This document shows positions 52,934 to 60,486 of a DNA stretch of 60,486 bases, piece by piece; the stretch's first letter is position 1, and each line of letters begins with the position of its first letter. The notes under the pieces are model-generated. The model searched no databases and was not told where the DNA came from. It saw nothing but the letters and a program-made list of their open reading frames with translations. The position numbers were made by a program, and so were the translations under genes. This DNA comes from an uncultured virus (IMG/VR IMGVR_UViG_3300025098_000017) (taxonomy: Duplodnaviria; Heunggongvirae; Uroviricota; Caudoviricetes; Kyanoviridae), in IMG/VR virus record IMGVR_UViG_3300025098_000017. One strand, 5' to 3'.

Positions 52934-55220
52934 CGTCTTCCTCGGATTCTAGAATTTGGTCAATAAGATTGTCAACGTTTTCCCTTACGGGTTCTTCATC
53001 ACCATCTTTTTTGTTGTCGTAAGTGTTCTGATAATAAGATGTCTTCCATCCATACTTGTAAGTATTAAGAAGATCGTTTGCCATCACAGATACAGGCACT
53101 TCATTGTCAGGGTAGTTCTCTGGATTATAAGACCAGTTGCCAGAAATTGCCTGGTCAAAGAACTTTTGAATTACAGCAGCAATTTTGATGTAACCATCAT
53201 TATTGGGCATGTCCCAAAGCAGAGTGTATGCATTCTTCAGTGTAGTGTACTGAGGAACAATCTGCTTAAGAGGTCCTTTCTTGGACTTCTTAACGGACAA
53301 GTATGCTCTAGGCGGCTCGATTCCATTTGTTGCGTTTGACACAACGGAACTGCTCTCCGAAGGCATCTGTGCGGACAGTGTTGAGTTCCTGAGACCATGC
53401 TGTTTGATTCGCTCGCGAAGAAATTCCCAATCACATGAAAGATCATTTGGTACAATCTCATCAACTTCGTTCTTATATGTATCAATTGGTAAAATTCCAT
53501 CTGCATACTTTGTCTTACCAAAATAACCGCATGGACCTTTCTCCATTGCAAGATGATTGGAAGCATTGAGAAGAGCATACTGGAAACGCTCAGTCAGTTT
53601 ATGAACCATGTCGTGTGCCTTGGTAGATTCATAACTTGCACCATTCTTAGCAAGATAATGTGCCAGACCAATATAACCAACCCCCAAAGAACGGCGGTTG
53701 ACAGTAGATTCTCTTGCTGCCTTAACAGGGTACTCCTGATAATCAATCAAGGCATCCAGACCCCTCACAGCGAGCTCACAGAGTTCATCCAGTTCATCCA
53801 GACTCTTCAGTTTACCGACGTTGATGGCAGACAGAATGCACAAAGCAATCTCACCCTTACCATCGATGTGTTGGAGGGGATCAGTGGGGAGTGTAATCTC
53901 TTGACAGAGGTTACTCATGTTCACCTTGTCCTTGAAGGAGGAGTGACTGTTACAGTGGTCGATGTTCATGATATACAAACGACCAGTCTCTGCTCTCTCC
54001 TTTAGGATGTTGAGAAAAAGTTCTTGCGCCCCGATAGTCTTTCTCGGAACAGCATCATTGAGTTCATGCATCCGATATAGAGTGTCAAAGTCATCAGTAC
54101 CAAAAGCATCATACAGACCTGGTACGTCATGCGGTGAGAAGAGGCTAATCTCCCCATTGTTAATGAAACGTTCGTAGAAAAGTTTTGAAATCTGGATTGA
54201 GTAGTCAAGTTTCCTCACTCGGTTGTCTTCTGTACCCTTATTGTTCTTAAGAACTAGGATGTCTTCTATTTCTTGGTGCCAGATTGGGAAGTGTACTGTT
54301 GCGCTTCCACCTCGTATGCCATTCTGAGTACAGCATCGGACAGTGCTCTCAAACTTTTTGAGAAACGGGACAACACCTGTGTGCTGCACTTCTCCGTCTC
54401 GGATTTTAGCGTTGATGCCACGGATTCTGCCTGCGTTGATACCGATTCCTGCACGTTGAGCAACATAGTAGCCAATCGCCATGTCACTAGAAAAGATACT
54501 ATCGAGGGTGTCATCAACATCAACAAGAACACAGCTAGCAAACTGTCGAAGCGGAGTTCGTACTCCTGCCATGACAGGTGTGGGGATGTTGATTCGGTGC
54601 TTCGAGATTGCGTCATAATACTTCTTGATATATTCTAATCTATAAAACTTATCGTCATCCTGAAACAACGTAGCAGCAATCATCATATACATGTACTGGG
54701 GAGTTTCAAAAACTGTCCCAGTGCTACGATCCTGCACTAGGTATTTATCTACAACCTGACGAATGCCAGCATATGTGAACAAGAAATCACGTCCATGGTC
54801 AATGTAATCAGTAAGAATATCCCATTCTTCATCAGTAAACTTTTTCAGAATACTTGAATCATAGATTTTTTTCTCAATACACTTCTCTACATGCTCCTTT
54901 AAAGGAGGATGTCCATCAGGGTGACCATTATATACTGCTTTCCTTAGAGAAAATAGAAGTAATCGTGCTGCAACAAATTGATAGTTTGGTGCGTCTAAAC
55001 TAATAAGGTCATTAGCAGAACGAATAAGAATCTCCTGAATATCAGAAGTCTTGATGCCATCAAAGAACTGCAGGTTTGCATTCATCTCAACCTGACTCTC
55101 AGATACGCCTGCAAGACCATTACAAGCGTGTTCAACCATCACATGAATTTTATCAAGATTGAGAGGTTCACTCACCCCATCTCTTTTGACTACATGAACT
55201 TCCTTCATACCTTTTTCCAT
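52908..55220 (-). CDS. nrdA: ribonucleotide reductase class Ia alpha subunit
   Basis: ATP cone VVKRDG, PTPVMAG, SCVL, SNLCQEI, C-terminal CESC. Confidence 0.98.
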   Translation of the reverse strand: MEKGMKEVHVVKRDGVSEPLNLDKIHVMVEHACNGLAGVSESQVEMNANLQFFDGIKTSDIQEILIRSANDLISLDAPNYQFVAARLLLFSLRKAVYNGHPDGHPPLKEHVEKCIEKKIYDSSILKKFTDEEWDILTDYIDHGRDFLFTYAGIRQVVDKYLVQDRSTGTVFETPQYMYMMIAATLFQDDDKFYRLEYIKKYYDAISKHRINIPTPVMAGVRTPLRQFASCVLVDVDDTLDSIFSSDMAIGYYVAQRAGIGINAGRIRGINAKIRDGEVQHTGVVPFLKKFESTVRCCTQNGIRGGSATVHFPIWHQEIEDILVLKNNKGTEDNRVRKLDYSIQISKLFYERFINNGEISLFSPHDVPGLYDAFGTDDFDTLYRMHELNDAVPRKTIGAQELFLNILKERAETGRLYIMNIDHCNSHSSFKDKVNMSNLCQEITLPTDPLQHIDGKGEIALCILSAINVGKLKSLDELDELCELAVRGLDALIDYQEYPVKAARESTVNRRSLGVGYIGLAHYLAKNGASYESTKAHDMVHKLTERFQYALLNASNHLAMEKGPCGYFGKTKYADGILPIDTYKNEVDEIVPNDLSCDWEFLRERIKQHGLRNSTLSAQMPSESSSVVSNATNGIEPPRAYLSVKKSKKGPLKQIVPQYTTLKNAYTLLWDMPNNDGYIKIAAVIQKFFDQAISGNWSYNPENYPDNEVPVSVMANDLLNTYKYGWKTSYYQNTYDNKKDGDEEPVRENVDNLIDQILESEEDDDCESCKI

Positions 55221-56203
55221 TCGCTTAGTTTAATCTGTGCTTGTAGACCGCTGTAAGTGTTGAATTCTACCAGAGATTGTACGTCATGTCCAGCGATAAA
55301 CATGTCATTTAAATCTTTGTCTTCTAGGTTTGATGGCCAGATGACAATCTCATAACCTCTGTCAATTACTTTAGACATCCTGTCAATAATTTCTTTGTTG
55401 CGACATTCATTATCATACACAAAGACAACATCTTTGTCACGTAAGATATTCCAATCAACATCTGCTCCTGCCATTGCAATTGCATTGTCAATATAGAAAC
55501 TATCAAGGGGACCTTCTGTAATGTAAATCGTCTTGTTAAAATCCAGACGATTAAGACCAAAGACTTTAGTTCTAGACTCGTCCAACATGATAGTTATATA
55601 CCGCAACTTATCAGTTAAATCTAGTGACCTTCCCTGGAATCCAAACCATTCGCCGTTGGTGTCAATGAAAGGGATAATGATTCTTGGTTGATCCTTTTTG
55701 ACATCTTTGAACGTTGGTTTTTGAGTGTTGACCCAAGTAAAAAACTTATCAGTATAGAACAAATCTCCAAAATTTCTTTCAGGTATTTGACGACCGAGAA
55801 GATATCCGACTGCGGGGTGTCCTCTATTTAGTTCTTCGATACTTTGAAGTTCTCCCTTTTTCTTGAACTTCGGTTTATCAAAGATTGCAGGTTTTGGTTT
55901 AGGAACATACGAACCTTTACCCGTCGTACTATTCTTATACCTCTCCATGATATATTGGTCATAAAGGTCTGGAGCATTGTCCTTTAGAAAATTTGGTAGC
56001 GTCCTTCCTACGCCACAGTTATGACACTTGAAGACCATATCAGTCTTAATACGAAAGAAGTATCCTCTTGCCTTATTACGATGCTTCTGAGAGTCACCAC
56101 AATAGGGACACCGAAAGTTGTAAAGGTGCTCTTTCTTTTTAGCAAATTTATCCAGTCTTGCCGACAGGAGATTCACATATTGAACATCAACAAAATTAGA
56201 CAA
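55205..56203 (-). CDS. gp61: DNA primase gp61
   Basis: FRCPYCGDS...CHNC zinc finger, FQGR, TEGP.DS, YDNE, KD.ND Toprim. Confidence 0.95.
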   Translation of the reverse strand: MSNFVDVQYVNLLSARLDKFAKKKEHLYNFRCPYCGDSQKHRNKARGYFFRIKTDMVFKCHNCGVGRTLPNFLKDNAPDLYDQYIMERYKNSTTGKGSYVPKPKPAIFDKPKFKKKGELQSIEELNRGHPAVGYLLGRQIPERNFGDLFYTDKFFTWVNTQKPTFKDVKKDQPRIIIPFIDTNGEWFGFQGRSLDLTDKLRYITIMLDESRTKVFGLNRLDFNKTIYITEGPLDSFYIDNAIAMAGADVDWNILRDKDVVFVYDNECRNKEIIDRMSKVIDRGYEIVIWPSNLEDKDLNDMFIAGHDVQSLVEFNTYSGLQAQIKLSEWKKV

Positions 56204-56222
56204 TACGTTGGACTGCTAGTCC

Positions 56223-56594
56223 CTACATTCTACTCTCTACTGATGGTGGTGTCAATACCCCTTGCACAAGTCTTTGACCGATTGGGGAAATCATGATACT
56301 AATCATTGCCAATGCCCCTGCAATACTCCACATCTTCTTTTCTAAGAGTCTAAGTCTATCATCGATAAGACGGATGTCTCTTTCACACCCCTTCTTAATC
56401 GCATTAGTTTCTCTGTTAAGATCTGAAGACAATCTGTCTAACTTTTCAAACAGAATTGCATCAACTTTATCTTGCTTATCTAATTTTTCATTATGGACTG
56501 CAAGAAGTTTGCCCATTTGTATAGAGTTGTCTTGTAGGATGTTTACAACTCTTTCTAACCTTTCATATAGTGCTGTGTTAAGTTCAGAATCCAT
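56223..56594 (-). CDS. coiled-coil membrane-anchored hypothetical protein
   Basis: LLAVH.EKL...RL..LEK..W..AG plus C-terminal TM. Confidence 0.6.
   Translation of the reverse strand: MDSELNTALYERLERVVNILQDNSIQMGKLLAVHNEKLDKQDKVDAILFEKLDRLSSDLNRETNAIKKGCERDIRLIDDRLRLLEKKMWSIAGALAMISIMISPIGQRLVQGVLTPPSVESRM
56227..56255 (-). promoter_or_regulatory. sigma70-type promoter TTGACA-N17-TAGAAT for the primase-nrdAB genes
   Basis: Read directly. Confidence 0.7.
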
Positions 56595-56596
56595 AG

Positions 56597-57151
56597 CTAC
56601 CTATCTACAGTTGCTTGTGCGCCGCCAACTCGTGACTTGAGTTTTAATGCAGCAGTTTTCTTTTGTAATTCTTTTTTGATTTGAGCAATCTTTTGAGCAG
56701 ATTTCTTTTGTTCAAGACCAACTTGCTGTTGAGTCATCTGCATCTGCATTTGCTTATCTGCTTGCTCTTTAACATTACGCAGGTGATTCATACGCTTGTT
56801 CATAAAGAACTTAGCTGCCTCACCAGGCATAATCCTTTCAATCTTAACATCGCCCCTATAACGAGGATTGATAAGGAGACGCATCTTCTGTGTCAACTCA
56901 GCAGGAGATGAAGCATAGATAACAGTCTCTCCAACCTCAGGAATGGTTACCTTATATTGAAGTAATCTAGATGGCATCGTAGGATTCTCCTTGGATTCGC
57001 CTAACTTATTACCAGGCATCACAAGTTTCTTATCATCCTTACTCTTTTTTAATTTACCACGAAATTTTAAGACAGGATCGTAACCTGCATTAGGACCTTT
57101 CGCAGCAGCGTCTCCACTAAATCCACCAGTACCAGCAGTCATTACAGTCAT
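56597..57151 (-). CDS. hypothetical protein
   Basis: G.GGFSG.A...GP.AGYDP N-terminus; ATGA coupling. Confidence 0.6.
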   Translation of the reverse strand: MTVMTAGTGGFSGDAAAKGPNAGYDPVLKFRGKLKKSKDDKKLVMPGNKLGESKENPTMPSRLLQYKVTIPEVGETVIYASSPAELTQKMRLLINPRYRGDVKIERIMPGEAAKFFMNKRMNHLRNVKEQADKQMQMQMTQQQVGLEQKKSAQKIAQIKKELQKKTAALKLKSRVGGAQATVDR

Positions 57152-57510
57152 AGTTTATCCAGTTCTTTTTTTACGTCGTCGTCCAAATCTAAATCGGGTA
57201 ACATTCCTACAGGATATTTATTCAAAAATATAAGTAGGGTTTTTGTCAAACTCCAACATTCCCTTTCTAGTTTAAAAAATAAAAGAGGAGTAGCAGCTTC
57301 ACCAAAAACATTATACAAAATAATTAAATGATTGATTATCAAATGCGTCCTTAACACATTTGTCCTCAAGTATCTTTTAAGGAGGCGCTTCAAGTATTTG
57401 AAGCGTTTCATATCCTCATCAAAATCCTCTTTCGTTACCGATTGAGGATTCTCATAATGTTTTATGGCGAACAGAATATAGTTAGACTCATTCAGTTCGT
57501 CAAATTTCAT
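57148..57510 (-). CDS. conserved hypothetical T4-like phage protein
   Basis: LNE.NY.LFA.K.Y.NP...EDF.ED.KRFKY.KRL...L..NH.I.L.NVFG. Confidence 0.75.
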   Translation of the reverse strand: MKFDELNESNYILFAIKHYENPQSVTKEDFDEDMKRFKYLKRLLKRYLRTNVLRTHLIINHLIILYNVFGEAATPLLFFKLERECWSLTKTLLIFLNKYPVGMLPDLDLDDDVKKELDKL

Positions 57511-57513
57511 TTA

Positions 57514-58134
57514 TCAACTGCCGAAGGTTAATGTTGCTGCGCCATCAGAGATGACTTCCTCAGTACCACCTGCAGATGTAATCTTGACACGATACTTATA
57601 ACCGTCAAGTGAATCATCACCGAGACTGCTGTATGCCAGAGTCGCAGTAGTGAAGTCTGCATAGGTTACACCAGTGTCAGTATCTGCTGCAATGTTAACC
57701 CAACGGGTTGTTGCTGCTGCGGTCTGACGTTGCCAGACATAAGCAAGAGCACCAGGTGTTCCTGTAGTAGAAGTGCTAAGAGTGAACGTACCAGCACCAG
57801 AAGAACTAGTAGATGCTGCAGGTTGAGCAGAGATAGTTACTGCCGATGCAACGTCTGCTGCAATCGTGTCATCTGCTTGTGACTCAGTACCATCAGGGTT
57901 GCTGATGAAAGCAAGACATTCTGCCTTGTGACGAGTATTACCAGAGCTATCGGTGTAGGTCTTATATGCCCACCAACCAGGACCAGTGATACCACGAGAA
58001 GCATTCTCGTTCAATACTGCTTCAGCAGCGTCAACAAAAATAACAGTTTCAGAAACAGAGCCACTGCCGTTACCACGGGCGAGTCCTGCTTGAGTCTTAT
58101 TTGCGTTGCTATCAGTTCTCCCGTAAAGAGACAT
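57514..58134 (-). CDS. virion structural protein with Ig-like C-terminal domain
   Basis: TISAQPA...YVWQ...DGYKYRV...S..ATLT Ig-like pattern; late promoter upstream. Confidence 0.6.
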   Translation of the reverse strand: MSLYGRTDSNANKTQAGLARGNGSGSVSETVIFVDAAEAVLNENASRGITGPGWWAYKTYTDSSGNTRHKAECLAFISNPDGTESQADDTIAADVASAVTISAQPAASTSSSGAGTFTLSTSTTGTPGALAYVWQRQTAAATTRWVNIAADTDTGVTYADFTTATLAYSSLGDDSLDGYKYRVKITSAGGTEEVISDGAATLTFGS

Positions 58135-58164
58135 GGGTTACTCCGTATTAATTCCTAATATATT

Positions 58165-58195
58165 TATTTATAAAAAAAGGGGACTCAAGTCCCCT
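58165..58195 (-). terminator. terminator with late promoter TATAAATA overlapping its T-tract
   Basis: AGGGGAC-TTGA-GTCCCCT TTTTT followed by TATAAATA (58165-58172). Confidence 0.75.
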
Positions 58196-58203
58196 GATGG
58201 TTC

Positions 58204-58404
58204 TCATGCTTCGCGATTGTTAATTGCTTGTTCAACAACTGCAAGAAGTTTGTCATCCATATCAGTCTTAGTCAAAGTGACTGCTTTCTTAAGGATGACA
58301 ATACAAATCTCGACTAGTTTCTCACCAAGTTCCTCGTCATCGGGAAGCTTAGAAACAGCATCATTAATAATTTTTGATGCTAATGGTAATAGAAAAGATA
58401 ACAT
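58204..58404 (-). CDS. hypothetical protein
   Basis: LLP.A.K.I..AV...P.D.ELGEKL...KAV.LTKTD.DD.L. Confidence 0.65.
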   Translation of the reverse strand: MLSFLLPLASKIINDAVSKLPDDEELGEKLVEICIVILKKAVTLTKTDMDDKLLAVVEQAINNREA

Positions 58405-58438
58405 GATTAGTACTTAGTGGGTGCTAATCTATATATGC

Positions 58439-59395
58439 TTACTTCTTCTTTTTGGTGTCCATGATGGCACCTTTACCATACTGCTTCTCGATACTTGCCT
58501 TCACTTTTTCGACGGCAGACATACCATCATACTTTGGTTTTTTCTTTCCAAATGTATTGGGTGTGTTACTGACTGGTTTGTTGTAACGTTGGTTACCACC
58601 AACACCACCACGCTCCATGCGACGATCCTTCAGTGAATCTGCACCTTCTTCATTAACAACTTCTTCATTCTTCGCTGCTGCTTTCTTCTTGAGTGCTGCT
58701 TTACGGAAGACTAAATCAGTGCGACTGCCACTGTCCATCTTACCCTGACTTGCAGGTTTCTTAGACCCACCAGCAGGTTGAGGACCAGCATCACTACCAG
58801 TTCTCCTACCCTGAGCATACTTGGATCCACTCATCTTAGAGTCGCCAGAGACCATCTTGCCTGCATCAGAACGGGAATCCTGATACTGCTTCTCGGTCTG
58901 ACCGTGCTTACCCTTATAGAGTTCGTCAAATTGTCCGAATGTCAAGAATTTATTTTCAGTTTCTGCGACTTCTTCTGTGCTTTCTTCTGAAACTTCTTCT
59001 TGACTGCCATACGCTTGGTCTCCTGTAGATTCAAAGTGGGGATTTTTCTGGGATGGAACTTTGTCCATCTCTTTACGAGCTTTCTCATTATTTTTTTGAC
59101 GCTTCTTGGGGTCCACCTCCAGATAAGAATCGTCTTTCTTTTTCGCTTCGCTCATGTCGGCACCTTCGGATTCACTATCCATGTAACCTTTGCCGCCGCA
59201 ATGCTTACATCCTTCGCCATCACACTTAGGACATGCTTTACCTTTACCTTTACCTGCAACTGATTTTTGTGCAGGTGTTTTCTCACATTTACATTCTTTC
59301 TCTCCTGTCTTTTCGCAGCACTCAGTGACTTCCGATTGTTTAGGATTAATCTTAACCTTAGTTTTCTTTTCAGATAGTGCTCTAAAACTTAACAT
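58439..59395 (-). CDS. charged low-complexity protein with DnaJ-type CxxCxGxG zinc-finger motifs
   Basis: CPKCDGEGCKHCGGKG; alternating K-rich and E-rich blocks. Confidence 0.6.
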   Translation of the reverse strand: MLSFRALSEKKTKVKINPKQSEVTECCEKTGEKECKCEKTPAQKSVAGKGKGKACPKCDGEGCKHCGGKGYMDSESEGADMSEAKKKDDSYLEVDPKKRQKNNEKARKEMDKVPSQKNPHFESTGDQAYGSQEEVSEESTEEVAETENKFLTFGQFDELYKGKHGQTEKQYQDSRSDAGKMVSGDSKMSGSKYAQGRRTGSDAGPQPAGGSKKPASQGKMDSGSRTDLVFRKAALKKKAAAKNEEVVNEEGADSLKDRRMERGGVGGNQRYNKPVSNTPNTFGKKKPKYDGMSAVEKVKASIEKQYGKGAIMDTKKKK

Positions 59396-60486
59396 TACTT
59401 CTCACCCCTTTCTTGCTTTTCAGTTTCCTTGTTCATAACCTTGACGATTTTCTTAGAACGATCATATGACTTCTGACGCTTTGCATCAGTAGTAGAAGGA
59501 CTTACAACCTCACGACCTAAGTTACCTGCCTTACGGAACATTTTGTTCTTGGGTAGTGCCTTGTAACCTTCTTCGATTACATTCTCAATCTCTTCGATAG
59601 AGAAGAGTCCAGACTCATACAAGTGTGCAATCTGGTCATAATCTTCACCAAGACGTGAAGCAAGTTTGCCGCTGCCACTTGATACTGCACGAGCAGTCTT
59701 ACCAACTGCCTTCTTCAGACCTCTACCAACAGCACCTGCTGCTCTTCTCAGAAGACCAGGACCTTTCTTCTTGGAAGTGAGACGCTGACGTGCCTCAGAA
59801 CCTGCATCTCTTTCCCCGCCACCACTAGAAGAAGAACCGCTGTCGGAACTGCTGCTAGAACTTGTACCTTTAGACTTTCTGATGCTGTCTAAAACACCAT
59901 CCAACTTACCACCAGTACCATCATCGCTAGATGACTTGGACTTGGCAGGAGTTTTCTCCATCGATGCACGTTTTGCTTTGATACGTGCTGCTTCTCTAGA
60001 ACCTTGGAATGTTCCTACTGCCTTGCCAGCATTATCAGCAGCAGACTTGCCTACTTTCTTGGCAACATTACCTACTTTCTTAGCAGCAGCACCAACCTTT
60101 TCACCTGCTTTCTTAGCAGCACCCTTCAGACGATCCATACGGGAAGGTTGTAACTTGAGTTCAAGTTGCTTAGTCTTCTCTTCAGACAGAACCTCAACAC
60201 TCTCAAGATGCTCACAGATTTCAATCAAGTCTTGGTCATCTTGTGCCATCTCAAGAATGATTTCTTCCATGACATCAATGAGTTGCTCATCGGTCAGTGA
60301 ATCAATCTCTTCTCCAAGAGTTTCTAACTCAGCAAAGTCTGCTTCTGAGAATGCAAATGCTTGTTTTTCACCAAGAACCTCAGCGTTCTTAGCGTAGTTG
60401 GCGAAGTGCTCGTGATGACCTTCCTCTAGAATCTCAAGATCTCCGACAGGGACGTTCTCGTAGATATACTCATCATCTTCAATATC
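59395..60486 (-). CDS. charged low-complexity protein, 5'-truncated by window edge
   Basis: Frame stays open from 60270 to 60486; acidic and basic blocks. Confidence 0.65.
   Translation of the reverse strand, partial: DIEDDEYIYENVPVGDLEILEEGHHEHFANYAKNAEVLGEKQAFAFSEADFAELETLGEEIDSLTDEQLIDVMEEIILEMAQDDQDLIEICEHLESVEVLSEEKTKQLELKLQPSRMDRLKGAAKKAGEKVGAAAKKVGNVAKKVGKSAADNAGKAVGTFQGSREAARIKAKRASMEKTPAKSKSSSDDGTGGKLDGVLDSIRKSKGTSSSSSSDSGSSSSGGGERDAGSEARQRLTSKKKGPGLLRRAAGAVGRGLKKAVGKTARAVSSGSGKLASRLGEDYDQIAHLYESGLFSIEEIENVIEEGYKALPKNKMFRKAGNLGREVVSPSTTDAKRQKSYDRSKKIVKVMNKETEKQERGEK

Noticed and set aside
59882..60397. 171-aa plus-strand ORF
   Set aside because: Antisense to a low-complexity coding gene; expected from codon bias

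Overview
This window is about 60 kb of a T4-like marine cyanomyovirus genome, most likely a Synechococcus phage (psbA, psbD, cpeT and five tRNAs). It is almost entirely coded on the minus strand. From left to right it contains: a plus-strand cluster of 2OG-Fe(II) oxygenase-like genes; tail-fibre and virion structural genes; a second 2OG oxygenase cluster with three tRNAs; small hypotheticals; the baseplate/tail module (gp5, hub, a peptidoglycan-hydrolase protein, a tape-measure-like protein, gp51, gp26, gp54-like, gp4, gp48, gp53) with cpeT, cp12 and tRNA-Val inserted; replication and transcription genes (gp32, gp59, gp33, exonuclease, phoH, thyX, glutaredoxin); auxiliary metabolic genes (purM, purC, psbD, petF, psbA, two hli, talC); then nrdB, nrdA, primase and charged low-complexity proteins. 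Five signals stand out. (1) There is a probable programmed -1 frameshift (T TTT TTC) fusing gp26 to a start-less gp51 frame just upstream of the tape-measure-like gene, resembling lambda G/GT. (2) A doubled, apparently nested glutamine-riboswitch structure carries a complete 54-aa ORF inside one stem-loop, upstream of a DUF4278-like peptide. (3) All five tRNAs overlap translation signals: one lies wholly inside a CDS and one supplies a Shine-Dalgarno. (4) A compact, multi-pseudoknot RNA candidate sits at 48.44-48.58 kb. (5) Promoters repeatedly appear positioned to re-initiate inside terminator hairpins. All family assignments come from motif recognition and recall; no database searches were run.
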